Shown: one piece after another, positions 25,700-39,239 of the stretch
Layout of the letters: every line of letters starts with the position of its first letter
Position numbering within the stretch: the first letter of the stretch is position 1
NCBI GenBank assembly: GCA_013239625.1
Contig: MU053792.1
Span: 824,112-888,111 of the forward strand
Direction: 5' to 3'
Length of the DNA: 64,000 bases
From: Lama guanicoe
Taxonomy: Eukaryota
Translations under genes and position numbers: made by a program
Notes under the pieces: generated by a model
Database searches by the model: none
Told to the model about the DNA's origin: nothing
The model's input: the letters and a program-made list of their open reading frames with translations, nothing else

Positions 25700-26430
25700 A
25701 AAAGTTTCACTGAGCATCTTTCAGTTGCCAGGCAGTCTTCTATCACTGTGAACAAAACAAAATCTGCCTTCGTGAGTTATATTCTAGTGGGAGAAATAGA
25801 CAATAATCAAGGATAACTGAATAAAACATGTATTATATATTGGATGGTGGTGTTAGGGGGGAAAGAATAAACAAAGAAGGGAAATAAGAAATGTCAGGAC
25901 AAGGGACTGGAAATTTTAGAGAATGTAGCCTACCTTTGGCCCAATGAGAGAGGGCGTTTGGGTAAAGACCTACAGGAAGTGAGAGGGCGATCCTTGCAGA
26001 CACATCTTAGAAAGAGCACACCAGGGCAGAAAGAGGTGGAGCGTCACCTGACAGGTAGTTGCAACTGCAAAGAGGCAAGTTTGCAAGTGATACTTGAGAG
26101 TGAGAATAGATGAGGTCAGAGATGTGGGGCCATGAGGCTACTGTGAAGAAAGAATAAGAGGGTTTAGGACCATGAGAGATATGATCTGGGCTTGCTTGCA
26201 ACTATGCTATGAACAGTCTGAAGGAGGTAAAGGTGGAGCAAGGAAACTTGTAATGACATCATTGTCCTAATCCAGACAAGAAGCAGTGTGGTCTGGACAC
26301 GGATGTTGACGGTAGAGATAGGGAGAAATGGTCAGACTCCTGATGTATTTTGAAGATAGCACTGATGGAACACGCTGAAATAGGAGATGTGTTCGTGTGA
26401 GAGAGGGAAGTGTTGATGGCGATTTATTTA
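25700..26430 (-). mobile_element. LINE-2 fragment
   Basis: cactgagcatc...gccaggca, ttatattctagtgggagaaatagacaata, gatgtattttgaagatag motifs. Confidence 0.65.
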
Positions 26431-26494
26431 AAGGCTTTCTCAGCACAGCCTTAACCTTCCTTTCTAATTTCAACCCCGGTTCCCTCTGTTCACT

Positions 26495-26690
26495 GAAGTG
26501 TGGTAGAAAAGTCCCTGGGCTTGAAAACAAATGGCTTGAGTACAAATCACAGCTTCGCCTCTTACTAGGATAGTGATTTGATATAAATCACATTACCTAA
26601 CTTTCTCTCTGCTTCTTCATCTGTAAGGTGGGGAAAATGATACCTACTTCACAGGGCTCTTGTGAAATCCAGTTGTTCTGTACAATGATG
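26495..26690 (+). mobile_element. MIR SINE
   Basis: tgtggtagaaaag...aaatcacagcttcgcctcttactag...cttcatctgtaaggtggggaaaatgatacctacttcacagggct. Confidence 0.7.
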
Positions 26691-28064
26691 CTTAGCTTCC
26701 TGCCCCTCTCCCTTTGCTTCATGCTGCAGTAACTCCTTCCTCTTCACCATCTTTATCCATCCAACATCCCACCCTCTAAGGACCAAATCATGGTAAGGCC
26801 ATTCTCTCTGTAGTGAAGTCCTCTCTGAGCGCCAGTCCCTCCTCTCAACTCAACGCTTTGCTGGCATATAAATTTAACGTGCAAAATTAGGTCTTAAGTA
26901 CTTTCGATGCTTAATATGGTACAAACATTACTGAGGTGACTATTAATTCATAAATCTATATTTTAATCTCCTTATGAAGATACAATGGTTGCATTTTATA
27001 CAAGTTTGAATTGCGAGCTTTATATATTGTGATATTAAAAAAAGATAAAATCAGAATTGTGAATTTTATGTACTGTGATATAAAGAGTAGATAAAAATCT
27101 CAATTTATGAGCAAAATAATTACTATAGAAAGTATGCTGGACATTTATTCTTATTAGGAAATTAGTCTTTAGTTACTTGAACTTAAAATTATGCACAATT
27201 TTCAGGAATGCCTTCCTTGCATAAAAGACACTGCCTTATATTATAAAAAGATATTGATAAATAGCCATAATGCTGAGGAGATAAAAATCGCTAGAGACAA
27301 ACTTGAAAAGGTATCTAGTTTATTATTAGGGAATATTCAAAATGTAGAGATGACCTCTAGAAAAATTGATCTCTATAGCAAGAGAGAAAATTGGGTTTCT
27401 CAAACCTGTGCCAGAATTCAGCATACTGCTTTGGGTGATGAGGGAGGTGACTGCAATGACTGTATCATTAGAAGTTAATTGACATCTGAAATCCAAGTAG
27501 AAAAATATTCACTTCTCAGAGGATCAAAAAGACCTAAAAGTTTCTTCTGAAAATGAGTAAAACAGCCATCAATGAAATAAATTGTCATTATGCTCAAATC
27601 TTCCTTCTCTTTGTTACTTATGTCCCATCCGTCACCAAGTTGATCTATTCTGCTCCTTAATCTAGATTCTACCCTCCTTCCTTTATTAGCTGTCACCAGG
27701 ATTACTTCAGTATAGCCTCCTAACTGGTTTTCTCATTTTTTTGTGTTACCTTCATCCACTGTATTGATCACACCTCAGATGAATTATCCCTCTAAAACAT
27801 ATTCAATTTAGTCAGTCTCTTCAAGTCTCTGGGGAGTAAAGATCAAATTTTATAATATAATAGACAAGGTCTTTGTGATATGTCCCTTGCCTGCTCATCT
27901 CTCCTGCCTTTGGAGCACTTCCCACAGTCCACACCCCTTCTCCACACATCCTCCTTTTTCTTCCAAATATACAAGATAAGCTGAAGTATTTGAAGTTTTG
28001 GGATGTGACCTGTCACATTTTTTTCTGAGCCTTTTGATATCCTGATTTCTCTCTATGAATTTCA

Positions 28065-28570
28065 CATTATTTATGCATTCAGACAACTCTTTGCTGAGCA
28101 TCTACCGAGCACCACTAGACTAGGTACTGAGCACAGAAATACTGACTACTTTTATGGAGCCTACAGTATAGTAGGGGGAGCAAAGACACTAATCAGATCA
28201 TCATTCAAATATATAGTTAGAAACTGGCAAAAATTACTGAAAGAAATGTACAGAAAGCTATAAGAGATTATATGAAAGGGAAATGATCTAGTTAAGAGGT
28301 AAGGGATGTCTGAGATGACATCTGAAAGATAAATGGAAGGCAGAAGTGGAAGGAAACAGTCTTTTAAAAGGAGCAGTAGCGTGTGAAAGGGCACTGAGGT
28401 GGAGCTGCATGATACCTTCTAGACTATCTGAGAATGGCAGTGTTGCTACCAGGTAGAAAGCAAGAAGGGTAGTGGTACAAAATGAGACTGGAAAGAGAGG
28501 GAGGAGACAAGCATGACCAAATTTTGGTATGTATCAGAAAAGAACAGGAAAACATTGAAGGCTTCATTCA
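28065..28570 (-). mobile_element. LINE-2 fragment
   Basis: attcagacaactctttgctgagcatctac...ctaggtactg, tttatggagcctacagtatagtagggg motifs. Confidence 0.6.
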
Positions 28571-29786
28571 AGGAAGTACCATGGACACTTTCTAGACAGA
28601 AACTAGAGCAAGATCAGTATAGCTGCCATATAAATGAGTGAATCTATTTTATATGGAAATTTTATACTGGAAATAAACTTCTCCAGTGCTCTAGCTCTAG
28701 AAAAGCCCAAGAGAAATAAGAAAAAACAACAGTGTTAGATCATGCCTCGGGGGAGGTATTTAGTGCCTTGAACCTGTGGCAAATGGCTGACTACTTGCTA
28801 TGTGTTTATGTAAATAAGGATTAGTTTCAGTTGCAACTGACAGAAAACTTAAGAGACTTAAAGTATCAAATTCCCTTATAAGATATCTTGGAATTAAATA
28901 TGAACACTGCAATGTAAGGGTCAAGGGCCAATAAGTGTTATTGTCAGAAAATACAAGAGGACTTAGGAAAAATCTAGGACCCCAATCTTTGAAGGGGGGG
29001 TTTTCTATTTTAACTGTCAATTGTTTACAGAAAAAGGAAAACTCAAAATATTTCATCTTATCTCAGGTTTTCATGTCTGGCTTCAAACCATGTAAGTGGG
29101 AAGATCTTTACTTATCTTCATTATGCCCTTCTTGAATTATGACATAAATAAATGTTATAGTCACAGCTGCAGATAATTTTAACCAAGGTACAATGTTGCT
29201 CACTCCTTCTGCGTGCTGAGAGTTTATAGAGTCTAGGCTGAAGCATTTGAACGTGTTACTTCAGTACCTAAGCTGCTTTGGAAAGAGTACAAAGTAAATG
29301 GTTACTAAATCTGTTCTATGGCTCCAGCATGGTGGCATTAAATGCAGTGAGGATTACAGAATCTTATTCCTTTATGTGACTGAGGTTAATATACACTCTA
29401 ACGTAGACTTCCAGGCACACACACCTTTCTCTTCAAATATACTAGCTTTGAATGCAGGTAATTATGCCAGATCAGAGAAACTGGGTGGTACTGATACCTG
29501 CATAGCAATTATAAGATTAATGAAAGAGGCTTTAATTTGAGGAAGTACAAACTGCTGCCTCCCTTTGTCACTTCTTTTTAAGCTCAACATCTCCTCGTGG
29601 GACAACCCCAGTCCTCTCCTTCCCAAACCAATTCCCATGACCTCAATGTTTCTCTATCTCACATTTATCATAATGGTATATCCTTCATCTCATTACTTCA
29701 TTATTCTGATGATATTCCTTCCTAATTTCTACATTCTCCCTTCCCATTTCCTCCTCAATTTCTTACTTCTCTAAAATATGATTTCT

Positions 29787-31497
29787 TTTTTTTTCTTTTT
29801 TTTAAATTAAAGTACAGTCAGTTATACTGTGTCAATTTCTGATGTACAGCATAACATCCCAGTCATACATGCACATACATATATTCATTTTCATATACTT
29901 TTTCATTAAAGGTTATTATGATATTGAATATGGTTCCCTGTATTATACAGAAGAAATTTGGGGGTTTTGGTCTCTTTATTTACAAATCTCAAACTCCCAA
30001 ATTTTTCCCTTCCCATCCCTTTTCCACCAGTAACTGCAAGAATGTTTACTATGTCTGTGATCCTGTTTCTATTTCATAGAGGGGTTCACTAGTGTACTCT
30101 TTTTTCTTTTAGATTCCACATATGAGTGATATTATATGGCATTTTTCTTTCTCTTTCTGGCTTACTTCACTTAGAATGACAATCTTTAGGTCCATCCATT
30201 TTTCTGCAAATGGCATTATTTTATTCTTTTTTATGGCTGAGTAGTATTCCATTGTATAAATACACCACAACTTCTTTATCCAGTCATCTTTCCATGCATA
30301 TTTAGGTTGGTTCCAAGTCTTGGCTATTGTAAATAGTGCTGCTATGAACACTGGGATGAATGTACCTTTCTGAATTAGGGTTACCTCTGGATATACACCC
30401 AGGAGTGGGATTACTAAATCATATGTCTGTTTTTTAGTCTTTTGAAGAATCGCCATACTATTTTCCATAATGGTTGCACCAAACTACATTCCCACCAACA
30501 GTGTAGGAGGGTCCCCTTTTCTCCACAGCCTCTTCAGCATTTATTGTTTGTGGACTTTTGAATGATGGGCATTCTGTCTGGTGTGAGGTGATACCTCATT
30601 GTAGTTTTGATTTGCATTTCTCTGATAATTAATGATACTGAGCATTTTTTCATGTACCTATTGGCTATTTGTATGTCTTCACTGGAGAATTGCTTGTTTA
30701 GGTCTTCTGCCCATTTTTGGATTGGGTTGTTTGTTTTTTCTTATTAAGTTGTATGCACTATTTATATACTCTGGAAATTAAACCTTTGTCAATCACATCA
30801 TATGCAAATATTTTCTTCCATTGTATATTCTTGAATCAGTTGCATTCCTTTACACTAACAATGAAATAGCAAGAAAAGAAAGTAAAGGAACAATCTCTTT
30901 TAAAATTGGATCCAAAACAATAAAATACTTAGAAATAAATCTGACCAAGGAGGTGAAAGACTTTAACATGGGGAACTACAAAACATTGATTAAGGAAGTT
31001 AAAGATGACTTAAAGAAATGTAAAGATATCCCATGCTCTTAGACTTGAAGAATTAATATTGTTAAAATGTCCATACTGCCCAAGGGAACTACAGATTTAA
31101 TGGACTCCCTGTCAAATTATCCATGACATTTTTCACAGAACTAAAAAAAAATCCTAAAATTTATATGGAATCACAGAAGACTCAGAATTGCCAAAGCAAT
31201 ATTGAAAAACAAAGAATGAAACTGGAGGAATAACCCTTCCCAACTTCAGACAACGCTACAGAGCTAAGGTAATCAAAACAGTGTGGTATTGGCATAAAAA
31301 CAAACATATGGATCAATGGAACAGAATAGAGAGCCAAGAAATAAACCCACAGACCTACAGTCAATTAATCTTCAACAAAGGAGGCAAGAATACACAATAC
31401 AGTGTCTTCAGCCAGTGGTGCTGGGAAAATTGGATAGCAGCATTTAATCAATGAACACTCCTTCACACCATTCACAAAAATAAACTCAAAATGGCTG
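29787..31497 (-). mobile_element. 5'-inverted LINE-1 (ORF2 3' part and 3'UTR)
   Basis: Poly(T) and minus-strand ORF2 C-terminus (IAALFTIAKTWNQPK...YTMEYYSAIKK) to ~30822; + strand ORF2 segment (SVAFLYTNNE...INLTKEVKD) ~30834-31497. TSD aaatatga(t/c)ttct at 29774-29786 and 31498-31510. Confidence 0.9.
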
Positions 31498-33250
31498 AAA
31501 TATGACTTCTGTGTTCAGCCTTCTTTTGCTGCTGCTCCTGTTGAGTGCACCAGTGATCTTCTAATTAAAATCACCATGGGCACTTTTCTGTCCTCATCTA
31601 AGTGAAAGGTTTTTTATATGTATAGCATATGGATAACTCGCTCCTTTTGAAATTATATCCACCTTGACATTAATTTCTCCTGATTCCCCTCTGTGTGCAT
31701 GTAGTTTAATCAAGTAACTCTTGCAGAAGATAATATCAGCTAAATAGGCCCAGCTTGTGTTGCTAGCAATTTCTCTCCATGTTACTACTCATCCAAAATA
31801 GGTCATTATCTATGAATGATATGAAAAGAGTTGATGTGAAATGAAACAGTAGCTCAAGGCTGCTTACTGTGATTCTGCTTAGCATAATTGATAACATCAT
31901 TACATAACATAGCATTTTTAAAAAATATCTGTATGTAATTGACAGTGTTCATTCATGACCTTGAAAAAGCTTTTAATTATAACAATGTTCTCTTGTCCAT
32001 GGTACATTTTCACTATGACTTTTTTAAGTTATTTTGGTCTTTTGAAGTTACTTATACAACACTGTATGATTTCCATAATGGTTAGTTACTTAAGTATCAA
32101 CTTTGCTAGATAGTTAATTCCTTGTAGAGACAAGAATCATAACTGTTTATCCTGGCATGCTTCAGAGAATCTGGAGTGTAGTATATTTCAAAAAATGAAA
32201 TTAAATTAAAATGCTAGTTTTTTTTTTTAATAGAAGCAAGACTTAAAAATTTCTTTACAGTAGTGAACTCCACATTAGTCTTATGATATTCACCTAAAAC
32301 CATAGTATTCATTTTCTGACTGGCAAAATTATATTACAGATTTTCAAATAACTAGGAGATACATGTCATAGCCAGATGTAGATTTAGTATGATTTGACTT
32401 GTGATTTTCTAATTTATACACAATCATAGATTCAACAGCAGTATTTTCTCTGAGCTCCAATATATTCCCAGCTATTTTGGCAAATAAATAAGACACACAC
32501 ACCTGATAATCAATAAATAAGAGAGGATATTTCAATCAAACACAACTTATAAAAGAATTCAAATTTTCAGTCAGACTCTTGAACTGTGTGTCCTTTGCAC
32601 TGACTGCATTTAAAAGATGCGACTTATTTCTGATTATGACTAATGGTTCTTTTTAGGCAACCAATGTTCTTTACCATTTAACAAAGATTGTGTCCTAGGG
32701 TTTTGTTTTATTTCAATTCTAGTGTCATTTCTAAATCTGAAAAATTCGATTTAGAAATGTTGAATTTGAATTATAATTGTGTTTTATTAGTGTGTCTTTC
32801 AATATCAGTTATGTAACTAGAAACATATATAAATTTTAACAGAAGGTGTATGGCTCTGTATTTTGTAAAATTCCTGTAGGCAGGAAAATAACAACCCAGC
32901 ACTAACATGAAGCATGTTATCAACATGATGGGATAAAACAAAAAAGCAATAGCTAAAGAACTGTGCCAAGCCATGAATTGGTCCTAGGGAGCAAGAGACT
33001 ACTTCCATGTGTATAAACAATAGTTGCTATTTTTACAACATGCAAGAAAAATCAAACAAAAAGTTTTGGAATTATTTTGGTATGACAATAAATAAAAGGA
33101 GAACAGGAAAAAGTAACAGGTCAAGATGTCAATTAGTATTTTTAAAAAGAACATGTTTATAGACGTCCAAAATTAATAAAAGAACATTGATTCACTATCA
33201 GAGAGTAAGTCCCAGTAACAGAATAAATGAGGCATGAATGTGTACATTAA

Positions 33251-34143
33251 GGTCGTGGAATTTACTTTTGTGTGTTTGATGCATAGTAAGGAAAAACAAA
33301 CTGAAATGCCGGAGTCTGCAGCTGAGAAAGGTTTATTGATCAAGAGAGCACTGCCCTTTGGAGCAGATGAGAGACAGAGGTTTGTCTCAGATTCATTTTG
33401 CTGGCTGGCCCGTGCCAGAGGGTTTTAAAAGCAAAAAGAGTACAGGGGAGGTGGCTTTGTGACTTCAGCTTCCCAGTAAGATTTCAGCTGTAGCATCCTG
33501 GCACCATCTTGTGACTCAGTGTGTCATTGATGACTTTTGACTGATCTATGTGTTCCTGCAAAGCAAATTTGTAAATCATGGTTTGTGGCCTTTTAACTTC
33601 TTTCTAGGAGAGAGTAAAAACCATGGTTGAAGCATTTTATTATTTACTTAGAGCCTATATGATGGTCAAGAATCTCAATTTCAAAAAAAATTTTTAAAAA
33701 AAGAATGCAAGATACTGAGAGATTTAAGATTGTAGTCAGTGAAAGATTTTATTCTATGTGGCTTTAGGGCTACCATTTTGAAATGAAGCATTTTCTTAAT
33801 AAAATACACTGTCTTTGATAAAGAGAAAAAAATGATTGCAAAGAAAAAAAATAGAATCTCAACTTTCAAAAAACTGGCCCCTGCTGTTTTTTCTTTTAGG
33901 ATCTTTTGGACCTTGTGTTTTTTCTAAGACCATTTGGGCCTTCTGTTTTCTTCAAGACCATATGGGTTCACTTTTCTTTTGTTTCTGCATTCCCTCACTT
34001 CCCTAATTAGTAACTGCTTAAGTCTGCTCTTTGGAACTCAGGGAAGGTATAGGAGATCAAAGCCTTTCTTTAAAAATAAGAAATAGGGGACACAGAAGGG
34101 CTTTTGTACCCTGGAGGGCCCCACAGTATCCTGCTCAGTTTCA
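33251..34143 (-). mobile_element. ERV1-class solo LTR
   Basis: rc starts TGAAACTGAGCAGGA; poly(A) signal (tttatt at 33332-33337); 4-bp TSD TTAA at 33247-33250 and 34144-34147; degenerate ~33-bp internal tandem repeats at ~33875-33975. Confidence 0.78.
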
Positions 34144-35074
34144 TTAAGACAGGACTCAGACCATCATGTTACATATACATAAAACAGGAATTAAGGGAAA
34201 GAAGGGTACTGGATTTGAGATGGGGGTGGGGAGTCTAGGTAAGATCTGTATAGAGAATTATAGGCATACATTACAAAAGGAAAGACTAAATGGAGCAATA
34301 GACATACTAGAGTAATTGTACAGTAATTAACATGCCTCTTTCTTCCTCTTCGGGGAATTATTTTCCATTCAGATAAAAATGAATCCTGACCGCCACAGTA
34401 TTTCATTTGGCAGGATATCAGGCAATTTATATTTCAAATATGATCTCATCATCAGTTCCGTCTGCTGATATTAACTGAGCATCCATAATGTTTGAAACTC
34501 TGACTTGTAGAAAACATACCTAAATATCAAAATCCTTGAATCTGAGAGACTCACACACCAATCAGAAAACTGAGTAAATGTGCTCTTATCTAGGAAACAC
34601 TTTGTCTACATTTTAAGCCTTCACTTTTAATCCACCCAGCTCTCCACTCAGGAGCCAAGACAGGGAGAAACTTTAGGCACCTGCCATAGAAGGAGCTCAG
34701 ATAAGTGTTAGGCCTTCTTAAAGAGAACTAGCATCTTTCTCTTATGCTATGCTACAAGGGGTAAAATATTAACAGTCTCTGATCCTAAACAATTCTTGTT
34801 TAAAGGCTACTATTCATAGATTCAAATAATCTTTTCCCTTTTTTTTCACATTCCAACTCAAAATTGAGAGCTGGGAAAAAGCAAGAGTTCAAGACAATGT
34901 GGGTGTGAAGAAATTCTCTAAGCGCTAGATTCATTTTGCAGATACTGAGAACCATGACTTCCTTGCCATATGCAGAGATCTGGACCAAGAACAGGCTAAA
35001 GGCCATTTCTCCCCCTCTGTAAGGTTGTCTCCAGGTGATAAACACTCCTTCTTCACCAATCTTAGAAGTACCTT

Positions 35075-35392
35075 CTCAACCTTCAAGACCTAGTTCAAGT
35101 TATTTCTCCTCATGATATCTTCCCTTGTCCCATCAAGGGGGATGTAACCAAACTTCCCCTTGGGTCAGCACTTCACCTCAAGCTCTCATTACGCAGTTGT
35201 AAACTAAGTTGCATTTGTTTATTTCAATATGTGTTTCCTCTACTAGATTATGAGTTTAAGTGCCCATAGCCTCACCTAGTTTTCATCCAATTCACTGCCA
35301 ATCCACATTATTCCCCTGGCGAGACAGGAAGATTAAACAGTGCCTTCTCCATTTACTATAACATGTCCTCAGTAAATACTATTGAATGCTTA
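35075..35392 (+). mobile_element. LINE-2 fragment
   Basis: ccttcaagacctagttcaagtta, tttcctctactagattatgagtt, ctcagtaaatactattgaatg. Confidence 0.5.
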
Positions 35393-35821
35393 TTTTCTCT
35401 TATTCTCTTCCATAGTTGAACCCAAAAATGTTGTTATTTACGTGCTCAAGGGGAGAGTCAAAACAGTTGTTCAAAATTAATTATGTCTAGTGAGTAAAAT
35501 TACCAAAGGTTTAGGAAATTGTTCTCAACTACAGGTAGAGCTGGATTCTGGCTTTGGTTTAGCTCATCTAATGTGTCTAAAGCAATGTTAATATTCTCCA
35601 GTAGAGGGATTTTGAGAGCTTACTCAAGGCATGGTGTTGCTACTTCATTCAACCAGCATTTTTTAAGGGATGTTTTTGCCCCGACTAAAGAAAGCAAAAT
35701 CAAATGATTTAGAAACAACTGCTCAGATTTTTTAATTTCTAAGAATTCACTGTATATATTGGAATGTAAAAATGTTGATGTAGACTCAGTGGTGTCTGTA
35801 TAGGTTATTTAAAGGGAGTAA

Positions 35822-36103
<282 letters not shown>

Positions 36104-36764
36104 TGACCTTTGTTGATTTATCGATATCTTCTCCCAACCACTTATCCTGAAGTGAGGAGTTCGGGCATTTTCATTCCATGATTTATCTCCAAGACTAAAT
36201 CATAATCCTTTATCACCAAAGGCCATTTCAGTTCTCAAAGCAGTTAGGAGCACTATTTCTCACAAGTTTTTAAGATGTACAGTAGAAAGGACTTTTTGTG
36301 AAGCATCAAGAGCTCTTGACCTCTTATTTTCATGAACATTAATTTTGAAAACTAATTCCACCTAAAAGATTAGAAAATGTTAGTATTTGTGACTCTGTGC
36401 TTTTTCTAATCTTTAGAGAAACAGCTACATGGAAAATAGTAAAATGTGTTGGTAAAGCAATGAAATAAAATTAAGTAGCATACTGCGCCTAACATTGCTT
36501 CCTCTAGATGTGAGCAAATACATTACCACCACAATGAAGACAGTTTCCAACTCTTCTCACAAGAAATAATCTTTAATAAAGTTTTCAATAAGTGTTTGTT
36601 GATTCAGTTTGAACCATACAGGGAAAGGAAAAAAAATGAGCTTTGTCACTGTTAAATCATAGGAAAACGTCATCAAATAATGGATAACCTTTGCCTTCCC
36701 TCTAATCCTGCATATTGTGATAAAGTTTTAAAGGCTGTATTTGGCCAAAACTGCAGTGAATGAA

Positions 36765-36777
36765 TGCCATCTAGTGG
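36765..36777 (-). promoter_or_regulatory. Candidate CTCF binding site
   Basis: tgccatctagtgg = rc CCACTAGATGGCA, matching the CTCF core CCACYAGRKGGCR, in apparently unique sequence. Confidence 0.45.
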
Positions 36778-37352
36778 TTTTATAAATGCTTGCTCATATT
36801 TATCTACAATATGTTAGTTTAGCTAGACAATATTGCAGCGTGTTTTGTTGGTTACTTTGCTACATAGAGTTTATTTACATACCACTATGATTTGATTTGT
36901 GGTCATAACTTACCAATTTGAAGGTTCATTTATAAGAGCAACTTAAGTACTCAAGTATACAAATCAAAACCAAAATACATCTTAGAGATTTCTGCTTAAT
37001 ATCCAAGGACGCTAAACAGGACGCCTTAAGTTTCATTCTTCAGCTATATTGGTATTTGCAAAAGTTAAAAGTCAAAAAGCATGTGGTGTTTCCTTTAAAG
37101 GTCTAGTGAAGCCAGACTATGCTGTAAGAGGAAATTACAGAGTATTCTGTTCTGTTATCTTTTTATAGAAGGAAAAAAAAAGTTGATGGATGAAATATGT
37201 TGATATTATATTAGAAAATGTTCATTCCTTACATCACTCAGGTTTATTCCTCAGGGAGTCCAGATAATCATTCAGGTTGTAATTGTACAAGTTATATGGA
37301 GTTTTTGGTATGCATTTATAGAATCCAAGAAAAAACTCTCTCTTACTTTCTT

Positions 37353-38025
37353 TTTTTTTTTACATTTTTTACTGGTTCATAATCATTTTACAGCGTTGTG
37401 TCAAATTCCAGTGTTCAGCACAATTTTTCAGTCATTCATGGACATATATACACTCATTGTCACATTTTTTTCTCTGTGATTTATCATAACATTTTGTGTA
37501 TATTTCCCTGTGCTATACAGTGTAATCTTGTTTATCTATTCTACAATTTTGAAATCCCAGTCTATCCCTTCCCACCCTCTACCCCCCCCCCCGGTAACCA
37601 CAAGTCTGTATTCTCTGTCCATGAGTCTATTTCTGTCCTGTATTTATGCTTTGTTTTTGTTTGTTTTTGTTTTTTAGATTCCACATATGAGCGATCTCTT
37701 ATGGTATTTTTCTTTTTCTTTCTGGCTTACTTCACTTAGAATGACATTCTCTAGGATCATCCATGTTGCTGCAAATGGCGTTATGTTGTCGGTTTTTATG
37801 GCTGAGTAGTATTCCATTGTATAAATATACCACATCTTCTTTATCCAGTCACCTGTTGATGGACATTTAGGTTGTTTCCATGTTTTGGCTATTGTAAATA
37901 GTGCTGCTATGAACATTGGGGTGCAGGTGTCATCCTGAAGTAGATTTCCTTCTGGGTACAAGCCCAGGAGTGGGATTCCTGGGTCATATGGTAAGTCTAT
38001 TCCTAGTCTTTTGAGGAATCTCCAT
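37353..38025 (-). mobile_element. Young 5'-truncated LINE-1
   Basis: Intact ORF2 C-terminal frame (TCTPMFIAALFTIAKTWKQPKCPSTGDWIKKMWYIYTMEYYSAIK); perfect 22-bp TSD aaaaactctctcttactttctt at 37331-37352 and 38026-38047. Confidence 0.95.
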
Positions 38026-38465
38026 AAAAACTCTCTCTTACTTTCTTAAGCAAGGCCTAATCATTTCAGTTCAAGCTCCCATTCTCCCTCCCTCCAACCC
38101 CAGCTCCTATGTTGAGGGTTGAGTTGTTAGACATGAACCACTGAAGCATTAAAAGTAACTCCTCATGAATCCCACTGAGAAGTCAGTTCTAAGAAATTCC
38201 TGGTTTGCCACGTTCCTGGCAGAGGCTGAGTAAGGCTCAGAAAGACCCTCCACTTGCTAAAGGACTTGTGCTTAAAAGACCACATCTAGAGAGGGCATTC
38301 AGTGCCTTGAAGCACACTGACCCATTTCAGAGGATGAGCAGGTTTCTGAGAAGAACATCAGCACACCCAGGTGCTGTAGATAAAGTCAGGGAACAAGTAA
38401 ACCTTAAATAAGTTCTTGCTAAGGGAACTGGACCTCTTGTTTTTGTTATCATTTCAAATAAATAA

Positions 38466-38734
38466 TTATTTTTATTTTTTCTAACTTTATTGAGATATGA
38501 TTAACATAAAACAGTGTGTAAGTTTAAGGACTACAACATGATAATTTGATACACAAATATATTGTGAAATGACTACCATAGTAGGGTTACCTAACGCCTC
38601 CATCACTTCACATAATTACCATTTCTTTTCAGGGGTGGGAACATTTAAGAGCTCTCTCTTAGCGACATTCAAGTATATAATACGGTATTGTTAACTACAG
38701 TCACTATGTCATACAGTAGATCCCCAGAACTTAG
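38466..38734 (-). mobile_element. Older L1 (L1MA-like) 3' end
   Basis: tttattgagatatgattaacata...taagtttaagg...tattgttaactacagtcactatg...tagatccccagaactta. Confidence 0.7.
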
Positions 38735-39239
38735 GAAACTCTAGTGTTTACCGACTATTTCTATTTCGATTCTTGCAGAATTCTAAAAGTTTTCTATCAT
38801 TATTGCATAGCAATAATGAGACTATTAGTAAACTTTTGTTCTTTTAAAATGCCGCTCAAATATAAATCTCATAAATTATAACAAAGTCTACTCTACAGTG
38901 AAAATATATTGTGTTCTTAATTGTCCTATAAAATTTCTCCCCACGAAAAGCTGTTTTTCATTCTGAACTTTTTTTTTTTTACTATCTACATTTTAATTCC
39001 TGTAGCTCTATGCAAAATCACTTTTAATGTTTCTTGGTTTCACTCAACTCATCTAAAAACAAGATCTAATCCAAACTTTGTCAGAAATTTGTATATACAC
39101 TTCAATAACTCTGTGCTTCAACATCCTTTTTAATAAAATGAAATAACAATAGAAAATAATTTCAGAGAATAAAACAAAGCATTTTTTAAAAAATAAAATG
39201 CTAAGTAATATTGATCAGAAAAACATCTCTGATTTTTCC

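Noticed and set aside
36436..36470. gtgttggtaaagcaatg resembling the next GRIA4 exon (IVSVGKHVKG)
   Set aside because: Short gapped similarity with no matching frame or splice sites; the next exon was not found in the window.
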